A stretch of DNA of 63,753 nucleotides, the filler included, from Stramenopiles sp. TOSAG23-2 (lineage: Eukaryota), in assembly GCA_900128395.1 (NCBI GenBank). It is 21 parts of 21 records of this genome, joined end to end, with 100 filler letters (N's around TTAATTAATTAA, not from the genome) between each part and the next. Parts side by side here need not be neighbours in the genome. Positions count along the whole stretch, not along the records: positions 1 to 3,051 come from LT651387.1; positions 3,152 to 6,202 come from LT651388.1; positions 6,303 to 9,353 come from LT651389.1; positions 9,454 to 12,503 come from LT651390.1; 17 more parts are not named here. One strand, written 5' to 3'. Made by a program: the position numbers and the translations under genes. This document shows, piece after piece, positions 1 to 10,679 of this stretch; positions within the stretch are counted from its first letter, which is position 1, and every line of letters begins with the position of its first letter. Below the pieces are notes generated by a model. It searched no databases and was not told the origin of the DNA. It worked only from the letters and a program-made list of their open reading frames with translations.

Positions 1-1984
1 TGTCATGATCATTTTCATCCTCCTCCACTTCAAATGCATCATCATCGTCGTACATATCATCTGATACAGTAGATGGTGCTCTATGGTTATCATTATTTAT
101 ATTTATCAATGGCTTGGATAATGATGATGGTGGTCTTGTTGCTATTCGCGTTGGACTAGAAACAATTTTCTTTGTGTTACGTTGTGATAAATGTCCACGA
201 TGTATTTCTTTTCTTGCATTATTATTATTATTTGCATAACTATCTTCTGATAGTAAATCAATTGATTCTAATACTTTCTGTTCTTGTTTCATTTTATGTT
301 GATTTGACATATTTATATTTGTTGGACTGGCACTTCTACGACCATCACTTTTGCTAGATCTACTATTGTTATATCCTCCTACTATCGCATCAGCCCCCCC
401 ATCTTCATCATCATGTAAACTTGGAGGCTGATATGGTTTTGCCATTTCTTTCGCTAATAATATTCTACGTTGACGTTCTCTTTCTGCTTCTGCACGTTTT
501 AACTCCCATTCTTTTTGTTGTTTCAACTTTAGTTTTTCTTTCCGTTTTAAGATTTTTAATGTTAATTGTTTCGCCTTTTTATGCAATCCTATTGGATCTC
601 CATTAAAACGTGTTGATTCTTTCAACTCACGCTCGACACGTATAAGTATCGCACGCTCTGCTTTTATTCTTTGTTTCTCTGCATATTGCTTCACTTCCAT
701 TATCTTATTATTATTATTACGACTTTTACTACCTTGCAATCCTCTTTTACGTCTTCGTCCACGTCGTTGTTGTCTTTTCTTTTTCATATTTTTAATATCT
801 TTAACATTTGCATTATTAATCGCATCGCTTTCTTCAAGTGTGTATTTTGTAAACCCACCACCCGTACGACGAAATGTTTCTGGAGATACAACCATATTTT
901 GTGAAGGTGCTGTGAGTGGTCTTGGACGATACGAACGTGGTGATGCACTAGATGGTACCCATACATTTTTTTTACGTTGTGTATTTTTTTTTATATGATA
1001 TGGTACAAAATTACTTTTTTTCGTACGATAAGAACCAGTAGATGTTCCAGGTCGTATTTTCACATGTTGTTTATTATCATTTTGATAACTCGTTGTTTGA
1101 TTTCTACTTTTTGGACGAGTTTGACGTGTTTTTACTCTTGCTGATTGCGGTCTAGTTTTAGTGATCGGACGCATGTAATTATTATTATTATTGTTATCAC
1201 TCCTCCTATTTAAATCATTATTTGATATAATGTAATCATTACTATTGCTATTATTATTATTATTATTATTGGTCAAATACTTCTCATTATTATTGTTATA
1301 ATTATTTTCATTTACATTTGATGTTCTTGTATTTGTATTTGATAAACTAGTGTTCGTATTATTTACACCATTTAATATTTCTTGCCTAGCTTTACGCCCA
1401 CGATGTACACTTTGTATTTTAATAGCAGCATTAGTACTATCATTATCATATATTTCCACACGTAACTTTGCAACACGACGTCTTGATAAATGACCACGCA
1501 TATGCGATTGTATTTTTATTACTGATTTATTTTCCATATCCCTGTTTTCACTAGATTCAATTCGTTTTTCTTTCAACCATTCCCGTTTCACATTAATTCG
1601 CTTTTCTTTCACTGCATCTCCGTCCATTTTATTTTTTTTTAACATTAATAATTGTTCGTGTTTCCTTCGTCTTTCCTCATTTAATTTTTCAATAGCTTGT
1701 TGTCTACGATAACCAGCCATACTTGTATCACGATAAAACCCACGTCCAACAAATTGTGAAGTGAATCTATTACTACGACCACTTGATGTCGTTTTTGCAT
1801 AATATGTTGGCCTTGCATTTAATGATGAAGATGGTGGTGCACGTGGTTGTAATATTCCTTTACCAATATCATTTGGTTTCCTTTGATATGTAAATTGCGA
1901 TATGTTGTTATTATTATTATTAGAGAAATTAGAAGCAGTTGATGGTCTCAACGAACGATGCCGATGATGTCCACTAGTTTGCAT
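1..1984 (-). CDS. IQ-motif (calmodulin-binding) low-complexity protein, 3'-truncated by window start
   Basis: Manual translation from ATG at 1984 (MQTSGHHRHRSLRPSTASNF...) gives two IQ motifs, IKIQSHMRGHLSRRRV (~1475-1522) and AIKIQSVHRGRKARQEI (~1378-1428). I translated the first ~200 codons. Its absence from the ORF track is consistent with no stop before the window edge. Confidence 0.75.
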   Translation of the reverse strand, partial: MQTSGHHRHRSLRPSTASNFSNNNNNNISQFTYQRKPNDIGKGILQPRAPPSSSLNARPTYYAKTTSSGRSNRFTSQFVGRGFYRDTSMAGYRRQQAIEKLNEERRRKHEQLLMLKKNKMDGDAVKEKRINVKREWLKEKRIESSENRDMENKSVIKIQSHMRGHLSRRRVAKLRVEIYDNDSTNAAIKIQSVHRGRKARQEILNGVNNTNTSLSNTNTRTSNVNENNYNNNNEKYLTNNNNNNNSNSNDYIISNNDLNRRSDNNNNNNYMRPITKTRPQSARVKTRQTRPKSRNQTTSYQNDNKQHVKIRPGTSTGSYRTKKSNFVPYHIKKNTQRKKNVWVPSSASPRSYRPRPLTAPSQNMVVSPETFRRTGGGFTKYTLEESDAINNANVKDIKNMKKKRQQRRGRRRKRGLQGSKSRNNNNKIMEVKQYAEKQRIKAERAILIRVERELKESTRFNGDPIGLHKKAKQLTLKILKRKEKLKLKQQKEWELKRAEAERERQRRILLAKEMAKPYQPPSLHDDEDGGADAIVGGYNNSRSSKSDGRRSASPTNINMSNQHKMKQEQKVLESIDLLSEDSYANNNNNARKEIHRGHLSQRNTKKIVSSPTRIATRPPSSLSKPLININNDNHRAPSTVSDDMYDDDDAFEVEEDENDHD

Positions 1985-2006
1985 ATTTATGTGTCGTAGA
2001 GGTTCG

Positions 2007-2043
<37 letters not shown>

Positions 2044-2938
2044 TCTTTTCTTTTAACAATGATCAATCGACAGTATTACGGTAGTATATGTTAAGATGTG
2101 ATATTATCTAAATTGAACTCTCTCTTTCATCTATCATCAAATATGTATAACGATTAGCACATTATATATTATTATTTGTTGTTAGTAGTAGTAAAACTGC
2201 TGCTAAAATTGTTACTTTTTTTTTGCACTTTTGCACTTTTGTTGATTGAGGGTTGACGAAACGAACATCTTTTCTTACTACGAATAGGTTCACATTTAAC
2301 AAAATAGAGAAATAACTTAAAAATAGGAAAAATTTAGATATATTATAGTCCAATAGAATAAAATAATTAAGGTATACAATCATAAATATAAATATAATTA
2401 AAACATATAACAATACAATACATAATAATAAATATATAAATATACTACCCCTAAGAATACATAAAAAAATGGGTCATGAGAATATATGTGATTGGAATTA
2501 TCAAAAGGATAGCAAGTACCAATACATGTACATAGCATTTATTATTATTTACTGTAGCATATAAATAGCAGGGAAAGTAAATCATCTCGCTTGATGGACG
2601 TTTTTTTGTGTCATTTTAAAGGAACTCAAAAAAAATATATATATGATTTGAAATGATTAGAAAATGATGGTGTTAAAATCTCTATATTACTCGTAATAAT
2701 TTATAATAATAATTTTACTTCCCGTGTGGGCATGCATTATTATTACGATAGTAAAAATACTAACGCTCAAAAATACACTAATCTCAGAAATAATAGTCAA
2801 TCCTACACTAGATTAGTAAAGCTCTTCTAATACACGTCTGCACTCTAATACTCTACAAGCAAATGAGTAGGTTTCTATCCTATATTCATTTATACATATA
2901 ACATTACAGTACAGATCACACGACAATTTTATTTTTTT

Positions 2939-3051
2939 TTACAATTCATTAGTAGATGCAATCGATGGTGGATAAAAGGAAGCATAAAAATCAAGTAATT
3001 TACTTAAATCACCAAACAATATGACAGCAATAATTGCAATTATAAAACATG
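2939..3051 (-). CDS. C-terminal fragment of a membrane protein ending ...STNEL*
   Basis: Frame open from contig edge: CFIIAIIAVILFGDLSKLLDFYASFYPPSIASTNEL-stop; hydrophobic helix and an xxEL-like end. Confidence 0.45.
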
Positions 3052-3151
3052 NNNNNNNNNNNNNNNNNNNNNNNNNNNNNNNNNNNNNNNNNNNNTTAAT
3101 TAATTAANNNNNNNNNNNNNNNNNNNNNNNNNNNNNNNNNNNNNNNNNNNN
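3052..3151. other. Artificial contig spacer (N44-TTAATTAATTAA-N44); also at 6203, 9354, 12504, 15653, 18801, 21948, 25094, 28240, 31384, 34528, 37665, 40799, 43930, 47056, 50178, 53300, 56421, 59537, 62652
   Basis: Identical 100-bp six-frame-stop linker about every 3.15 kb; contig lengths decline along the window. Confidence 0.99.
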
Positions 3152-3464
3152 AGAACAAGATGATCGTAATAATAAAATTGTACAAGTAATAATTCCAGAA
3201 TATATTCAAAAAATTAGGAAGAAAAAAAATGAAGTAGTGATTACTGTAAATTTGCCAAAATTAAATGGACCTCAAAATTGTTTGTTGGATGTATCTGCAA
3301 CAACATTTCGTTTACGAGCTGAAGTGAGTGGTGATAATGATAACAGCAACAAAGAAGAATATTTCTTAAATTTTGAACTTCGTCAAAAAGTACTTGCTAA
3401 TTCTACAAAAGCAAAATGGATTAAAAAAGATCATTCATTAAAAGTAACTTTGCCTATTGCATGA
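3152..3464 (+). CDS. PIH1-family CS domain, C-terminal fragment (PIH1D/kintoun-like co-chaperone)
   Basis: IPEY...VVITVNLPKL...LLDVS...YFLNFELRQKV...KAKWIKKDHSLKVTLPI matches the PIH1 C-terminal CS pattern; frame open to contig edge. Confidence 0.75.
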
Positions 3465-3891
3465 GATAAAAAAGCAATATGCAAAATTTAGTTGAGTATG
3501 TGTTTTTGTCCAAAGTACAAATATACGAAGTTGTAGGGAATATAAATATATGATACGAACTTCGTATAATTATCATAATATGATATATCAAGAGTAGGAA
3601 TTATCATGATTACATGTATATAATATGATATATACGCTTCGTATATATGATGGTTAAATATATATATATATATATATACCAAGTATAACATGGTTAAAAT
3701 CTAAGTGTTAAAATAATTTTACTTCCTGTGGAAAATACTACACACGCTCAAACGTAAATTACGAAACTTCGTAATATCATATGGCATATTTAAATATCAT
3801 AAAAAAAATATCAAAAATTACAGCGTATCATAAATTAAATTAATTATATATCCATAATGCCTCTCTTTCTTTCTCTCTCTCTCTCTCCCCC

Positions 3892-5544
3892 TTATCTCTC
3901 ATACCGTTTACTTATTTTCATATCGATTCGATTTGGACACAAGGAAAAAAATACAACAACGCGAGGTATTCCATCACCTTTGTTTTTACCTTTTAAATCT
4001 AGAGCAGGAACAAATTCGAATTTATATTTTCGTAGTAACATGACCAATGTACATTTCATTTCTGTTAATGCTAATTTCATCCCGACACAATTCCGTCGCC
4101 CTAAACTAAATGGTAAATATGCTTGCTTACTTATATCTTTCATATCTATCCATCGTTCAGGATTAAATTCCAATGCTGAGGTACCCCAATATTTTTTACT
4201 ACGTTGAATAAAATTAGGAAATATAAAAATTTCCACACCCTCAGGTATTTTGTATTTTCCATCACCAAGTTTACAAGTTGTTGTACCTTTCATAACTTGT
4301 CTGGTAAAACCAGCACTCGGATACAAACGTAAAGTTTCTTTGATAACACTATCTAAATATGTAAATTTATTTAATATTTCATATGTCAAATCAGTACCTT
4401 GAAGATTGGCACTGTTGATTTCGTTCAATAATTTTTTTTCAACAATTGGATGTTTTGATAATAAATACAACGCCCAGCTTAGAGCACTTGCTGTTGTATC
4501 ATGTCCAGCAAATAAAAATGTTTTAATATTATCAACAATCGTTTCACGATTCATGAAAGGGCATTTCGTCACTTGATCATTTTGCAATAAACAATCTAAT
4601 AAATCTCGCTGTTCATCTATTTTGATTGCAACTTCTTTTCTTCTTGCTTTGATTATATCTTCAACTTTATTATCTAATTTGGACATTGCATTTCGAAAAA
4701 AATGTTCTTCTTCATCTGGTATGAACTTGGTAATCATCCGACGTATTAAATGGCTAGGCTGTCCGCGTTTTGACATTAATCTCAATATATCTTTAAATGC
4801 TGTGTACAATGGTGCTTCATCCGGTGTGGGTGCAGATACACTTTTAAAATCATAACTAAATGCCGTTTTACCAAGGACATCAATAGTTAGGCATAACATT
4901 TCTTCATACAAACTGGTTTTCAAAAAGTTCTTACTGCTACCTTCTTCCTTTTTTTTAATAAGCTGATCCCAGCGATCCATCATTAAAGATACAGAGCCTA
5001 TTGTATTAGTAACAGATGCCCGTAATATATTTGGCCTAAAACCACCATTTGATAGCTTACGCATCTCCTTCCATCTTTTTCCATCTGGTGATGCCAAAAT
5101 ACCATTTCCAATCAATGGTTTTGCAAGTGTATATGATGTTCCTTTTTGAAATTTACCATAATAATCGTTTGATAATACTTGTTTCGCAATATCGTAATCA
5201 CATATGAAAACAATTGTTCTATTTAAATATGGAATCCAAGGCAATAAATCCATTTTAAACATTCCTTCATTTTTTTCTAGAATTCTATGAGCTACTCTCT
5301 CCCAAAATTCGTTCGTATCCAGCCTTCTTGTAAACGGTACTTTTGGTAAATTAATTATACTAAATAAATCACCGAAAAACCAATGCCTTTTTCCTGGTGC
5401 ACTTGGTATATTATTCATTTGCCGTTTTGTTGTGTAATTATTGTAAAACCATAAGATATAAAGCATAATAATCAAAATGAATATTAAAATATAATTTGTT
5501 ACATTATTGTAAAATTCAATCATTGCATTTAAAATATTGTTCAT
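3892..5544 (-). CDS. Cytochrome P450 with N-terminal membrane anchor
   Basis: FAGHDTT (I-helix), ETLR (K-helix), PERW, heme motif FSLGRRNCVG. Confidence 0.97.
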   Translation of the reverse strand: MNNILNAMIEFYNNVTNYILIFILIIMLYILWFYNNYTTKRQMNNIPSAPGKRHWFFGDLFSIINLPKVPFTRRLDTNEFWERVAHRILEKNEGMFKMDLLPWIPYLNRTIVFICDYDIAKQVLSNDYYGKFQKGTSYTLAKPLIGNGILASPDGKRWKEMRKLSNGGFRPNILRASVTNTIGSVSLMMDRWDQLIKKKEEGSSKNFLKTSLYEEMLCLTIDVLGKTAFSYDFKSVSAPTPDEAPLYTAFKDILRLMSKRGQPSHLIRRMITKFIPDEEEHFFRNAMSKLDNKVEDIIKARRKEVAIKIDEQRDLLDCLLQNDQVTKCPFMNRETIVDNIKTFLFAGHDTTASALSWALYLLSKHPIVEKKLLNEINSANLQGTDLTYEILNKFTYLDSVIKETLRLYPSAGFTRQVMKGTTTCKLGDGKYKIPEGVEIFIFPNFIQRSKKYWGTSALEFNPERWIDMKDISKQAYLPFSLGRRNCVGMKLALTEMKCTLVMLLRKYKFEFVPALDLKGKNKGDGIPRVVVFFSLCPNRIDMKISKRYER

Positions 5545-5907
5545 GTTCCTATATACAACTAATAATCTTCACCCCTATTGATAATGCTATAATATATTAC
5601 TATTTCACCATTCATTAATCTATACGTAATATATATAATTTCAATGCTTGTATAAATATATTAGAATAAGTCTGCGTCGTCAAACTCTTTCTTTCTCTCT
5701 CAATACGTTGATCTGGCGGATTTTGACAATTTTAAGTATTATTTGTATGTTGTCAGTAGATCTAGTAGTATGGTAATTCCTCCAGGCAAAACAAACAATC
5801 TCTTTTGCCTGGAATGTTGTACTTTTCTTAATTTTGTGCTATACAAACAGAAAATCTTCTATTTATTTTTTTTAAGGATATATACAATGCTTATTCTAAC
5901 CACAATT

Positions 5908-6196
5908 TCAAAAAATTTGCCCTTCTCTCAAGTACAAAAAACACCTAATCTGGCCTATCAAATATATCAAACACTACAAATATACTAAGTATATGAAAAG
6001 GACTATATTAAGTATAAATATGATAGGAAATGGAAAACAGAAAATGTGGCTGAAAAACACAATTTTCATGAGTAAAATGTTGAAAGGACTGTGTCCATAC
6101 TAATTTTATAATGCTATTTCCATATATTAAAAAAACTTCATAGGGACAATTATCATTACTATATAAAAAAACAAAAAATCTCCATACTATAGTTTT
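5908..6196 (+). repeat. Dispersed non-coding repeat, copy 1 (copy 2 at 52612-52900)
   Basis: Colinear similarity over about 290 bp with scattered substitutions, e.g. shared AGTATATGAAAAGGACTATATTAAGTATAAATATGATAGGAAATG and AACAAAAAATCTCCATACTATAGTTTT. Confidence 0.9.
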
Positions 6197-7039
6197 TCGT
6201 AGNNNNNNNNNNNNNNNNNNNNNNNNNNNNNNNNNNNNNNNNNNNNTTAATTAATTAANNNNNNNNNNNNNNNNNNNNNNNNNNNNNNNNNNNNNNNNNN
6301 NNTTTTATTTGTGTTATTCGCGATCCATGCGCTCATATGGGGTTAAAAAAAAATTTTATATATATCATTTATACACACCACATCATGTGATAAAAAAAAA
6401 TATTAAATATTTTATTTTATGATGTGTTGAGTACTAATATTAAAAAATAGAAGAGAGAAAAAAATTTAGATAATTAGAGAATAAAGGAGAGAAGTATAAA
6501 CATTCTTTTGATTAAAAACAGATGTGCCATGTGGAGAGGGAGTTAAAAAATACTACGAAGCATTATTAATGCGCGGGTTTAAAATTCGTACAAAATATAA
6601 TTATTTATTTTTAATAAAAAATATACAAGTTGTAATACAATCTTACAAACACTCTAGCAACTCTACCTGGTCTACATCATCAGTAATATATTTTCGAAAT
6701 TTCCTTAAATTTATTTTTTTAAATTCTTCCACCACTTTTACTTTCGTTTCGGCCCCTATGTTCACCTCCCCATCTCCTCCGCTCGGAAGAACGTTATAAC
6801 AAAAGTTTTATTACGTTGCACGTTATTTGAAGTTATTCAATTCATGAAATAAGTAAAATAAGAGTAAGTAATAATACATATGTACATAATTATATATACA
6901 TTATTATATTAACGTTTAATCTTTTTAATAATCAAACAAAATTCCGGTGTAATAATATTGTACGTACTACATTTATTTATTACTCGTCCTTGATTGGTGT
7001 AACATATTATAGGCACCTAAAAATTTATAAATTTGAAAA

Positions 7040-7450
7040 ATGTCAAAACGTGTAAAAGAAGTGCGTGATACATCATCTGATGATGAATCATCATACCGAT
7101 CTGGAACTGATGATTCTGATTCCAGTGATGATACTCGTAATAATAATAAACATGTTACAAAAAAGAAACGATTCAGCAAAAGGGGGGGTAAGGAAAGATC
7201 TAGATCTTTAAAAAATTTAGGTACTTCTTCGAAAGGTGGTTCACGAGGAAGTTCAAGAACTTCGTCCCCAAGAATTCAGTATGAAAAATATGATCGAGTT
7301 GAAGCAAAAGTTAAAGGATGGACAAAATATTATGGTGGAGAAGTCATTCGCGTAAACGACGATGGTACGTATGATCTTAAGTTTGATGATGGAGAGAAGA
7401 AATCTAAAGTGAAAACTTTATATATGAGAAAAGAACAAAAGAAGAGGTGA
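7040..7450 (+). CDS. Ser/Lys-rich protein with a Tudor/Agenet-like domain
   Basis: DRVEAKVKGWTKYYGGEVIRVNDDGTYDLKFDDGE is a typical Tudor-like (LBR/Agenet) pattern; may be truncated. Confidence 0.7.
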   Translation: MSKRVKEVRDTSSDDESSYRSGTDDSDSSDDTRNNNKHVTKKKRFSKRGGKERSRSLKNLGTSSKGGSRGSSRTSSPRIQYEKYDRVEAKVKGWTKYYGGEVIRVNDDGTYDLKFDDGEKKSKVKTLYMRKEQKKR

Positions 7451-7861
7451 TGAAAAAAGAGAGTTGACACAATATAAATAATAAAAAAATATACTAATAA
7501 TTTAAATAATTCTCTGTTGGGCAAAAGCTGCGGGCCAGCAATAAGGTATTATGTGTATAGCATTGTATTCGAAGATCATATAATATACACATAGCATTAA
7601 TTATCCCTATCAGATTTTGTATAATATTATTTTGTTTTTTTACGTATAGCGCATAGCACTATAATAGATAGTGCTATATCCAGAGCGAGAATACCAGGTA
7701 TACACGATTGTGCAATAAAAAAAATGATGAAAAAATACAAAACAAAAAAATGAATTAGTATGATAAATACGTAAAAAATGAGAAGGATTAATAAATACAA
7801 ATACACACAGATTAGAAGATGTTATAATATATAATAGATATCAATTGTTCATCTTACAACA

Positions 7862-8099
7862 ATCATTTTGTGGCATATCAAGACGAGCAGCAACAATGCA
7901 AAAGTGGAAACGTTTTACGTTTTTTCGTAAAGAGTTGAAAAAAGAGTGTACAAATGCATTAAGAAACTTCGATATTACGTATCATTTTGTGGCATATCAA
8001 GACGAGCAGCAACAATGCAAAAGTGGAAACGTTTTACGTTTTTTCGTAAAGAGTTGAAAAAAGAGTGTACAAATGCATTAAGAAACTTCGATATTACGT
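7862..8099 (+). repeat. Exact 119-bp tandem duplication over the VPS11 start
   Basis: 7862-7980 is identical to 7981-8099; probably an assembly artefact. Confidence 0.9.
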
Positions 8100-9353
8100 G
8101 TGGGACTGGTTGGGGTCCTGATAAGTTTGAGGAACAAACTGCGGATGATCCATCATTTCTAATGTTTGGTGATGCTAACGGGTCCTTGCATATGGTAGAT
8201 TGCTTTGGAAGCGGGGGTATTAGAAGTGTCAAAGGATTTAGTATAATAGTCAATTCCTTATATGCTGCCAATGCTGTTCGTATTAATAATGATAATAATA
8301 ATGATAGTGATAGAATACGAATTTTACTAGCACTCGGAAACGCTGGTGATCAAAGAGGATCTGAGGATATGAAAATGGCAGATAAAGTGAAAAGGGCTGT
8401 AAATTTAAATAATCCTGATATGGCATACATAGATGCTGCAAATGATAATAGTTCTGACGTATATGGTGATGGACAAATTGATGATGGATTAGTTTGTTTA
8501 AAGTTTTTTCAAGTAACATCTGTTGAAGGTTTAAAATCCTTGAAAACGATACCAATATTTTTGCCAGAGGAAGATAATACAAAAGTTCATGTTGTTACAT
8601 TTGCTGCGGTGGAAGACCTCACACTAATAGCAGTTGGTCTTAGCAATGGCAATATTATATTGTACCGTGGAAATATTTTTGGTGAGATGATGAAAAAGTC
8701 TACATCATTTGCTGCGGTGGAAGACCTCACACTAATAGCAGTTGGTCTTAGCAATGGCAATATTATATTGTACCGTGGAAATATTTTTGGTGAGATGATG
8801 AAAAAGTCTACATCTATCGGTGGTGTTAGGACTTCCTTTAAAACGAGCCGGGATAATTATAATAAGGATTATGAAAGGTTTCAAATAGTAGTGATCAATA
8901 ATATAGGTTCACAATCACTGGACATAAATAATAATAATAATAATGGTGATGGTCCGGTAACCAATTTACATTTCTACAATCCAAATAGTATTGCCAATAA
9001 AAATAATAATATCCAAAATAGCATGGCGTCATCTACAGTTTTGTACGTAACGACACCACAAAGAATTGTATCATATGCAAATTTAGATGATAAAAGTGTG
9101 AAAGCAAATAATATACGTCACACGGCCATTTTGGATTCATTTTTAGGTGCTGAACAAAATCGCACATCAATTACAAAGAAAGGATTATTAAGCATCGCAC
9201 GTGATGACGGTATCTTCTTATACGACCCTGATGATAAAGGTGCTTGTTATTCCCTTAAGGGGCCAAAATCGTTTATTAAAACATTTGGAAAATATACCTG
9301 CCTTGTTACAGTAGAAAGAGGTTTAAATCGATTATGTTTGTATGATTTGCAGT
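8015..9353 (+). CDS. VPS11: VPS11 (HOPS/CORVET subunit), N-terminal beta-propeller, 3'-truncated
   Basis: N-terminal WKRFTFF, LMFGDANG, IAVGLSNGNIILYRG, GPVTNLHF, LYVTT, ARDDGIFLY...GACYSLKGPK. Contains an exact 108-bp in-frame duplication at ~8598-8815. Confidence 0.9.
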
Positions 9354-9453
9354 NNNNNNNNNNNNNNNNNNNNNNNNNNNNNNNNNNNNNNNNNNNNTTA
9401 ATTAATTAANNNNNNNNNNNNNNNNNNNNNNNNNNNNNNNNNNNNNNNNNNNN

Positions 9454-9594
9454 AAACATAATATTTATCATTTTCACTTCTTCTTTTTTTGCATTTACAT
9501 TATTATTACAAATATTTAACATTATAATTATTAATAATATGATAATAACAATTTTATCTTTTACACAAGTATATTCTTTTTTCAATATCATCAA
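9454..9594 (-). CDS. N-terminus of a putative secreted protein (truncated)
   Basis: Hydrophobic stretch IVIIILLIIIMLNIC followed by VNA, running into the contig end. Confidence 0.4.
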
Positions 9595-9894
9595 AAATTT
9601 TTCTATGTATTCTATTTACATTCTATATATATATATATATATCATTGCGAGGTCAATATTTTATCTACTTTTTGTTTTCTTTTCTCTAAAATGCATATAT
9701 GTATACCACAAGTATTTTTCTAATACAGAGTGTAATAAAATAACAGTTTTGTTGTGAGTCGTTGTGTTGCTTGCCAGGCTTGTGTATAACGCCAGAAAGA
9801 AGTGCTACTAAAAAATTGTGATTTTGAAATTTGAAATTCATATATACCGACCTCATGTATATTGATAGAAGGAAGAGAAAGAAGAAGACGCGAT

Positions 9895-9929
<35 letters not shown>

Positions 9930-9932
9930 ACC

Positions 9933-10595
9933 ATGCGATTTAGAACATTCACTACGTCTAATAATACTACACCATATTCCACTTCTTTGTCCTCGTCGTC
10001 GTCCATTACTACTACTACTACTACTTTGTCAAACAATGCATCGTATCATCATACCTCTGTGGGAATCAATTTAATAAAAAAGAAACGAAAAATTAAAAGT
10101 ATATGTGAATTATCTGATGATGAGGAATTTCCAAATTATGATGATGATGAGGATGATATTATCAATATTTTCAATACACCAACAACAAGCGTAAAAAATG
10201 TGAAACATGATAGTATAATCAAATCAAAGAAACAAAAAGAAGTGAAAAAAAAGAAACAACAAACATTATTATTTTTTCCTACTATTAAACAAAACAGTAA
10301 TAATAATAATAATACAAAAATCGACAGTACTATAAATAGTAATAATAATAATAACAACGGATACGATATTCATACAATGACATTGAATAAACACAAAAAC
10401 AAGAAACAGAAGAAGAAAAGAAAAAATGAAAATAATTTTGAACAAACATTTTTAGATTTAGGTCAGAAAAATTTTGATTTGAAAACATGTAAATTATGTG
10501 GTATGATGTATGCACCAGGAAAAATAGAAGATGAAAAAATTCATCGTAAAGTTTGCAAATCAATCATTAAAAGCAATAATAAGAAGAATACGTAA
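9933..10595 (+). CDS. ESCO/Eco1-type zinc-finger protein without the acetyltransferase domain
   Basis: EQTFLDLGQKNFDLKTCKLCGMMYAPGKIEDEKIHRKVC matches the Eco1/ESCO zinc finger; PIP-like QTLLFF upstream; likely ATG at 9933. Confidence 0.8.
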   Translation: MRFRTFTTSNNTTPYSTSLSSSSSITTTTTTLSNNASYHHTSVGINLIKKKRKIKSICELSDDEEFPNYDDDEDDIINIFNTPTTSVKNVKHDSIIKSKKQKEVKKKKQQTLLFFPTIKQNSNNNNNTKIDSTINSNNNNNNGYDIHTMTLNKHKNKKQKKKRKNENNFEQTFLDLGQKNFDLKTCKLCGMMYAPGKIEDEKIHRKVCKSIIKSNNKKNT

Positions 10596-10679
10596 GAGAA
10601 CAAGGAAAGCGTGTGCGTGTAAAAAGGAGGTGAATAAAAATATTTTAAAAAAAATACTACGTAGAAGCTGTACTGTATT

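Noticed and set aside
172-966. Short hydrophobic ORFs in the track here, and many similar antisense ORFs elsewhere
   Set aside because: Shadows of real genes on the opposite strand, alternative frames or AT-rich noise; the real gene here is the minus-strand IQ protein.
2011-2041. (TA)n and (AAT)n microsatellites
   Set aside because: Ubiquitous simple repeats typical of AT-rich protist genomes; no special structure.
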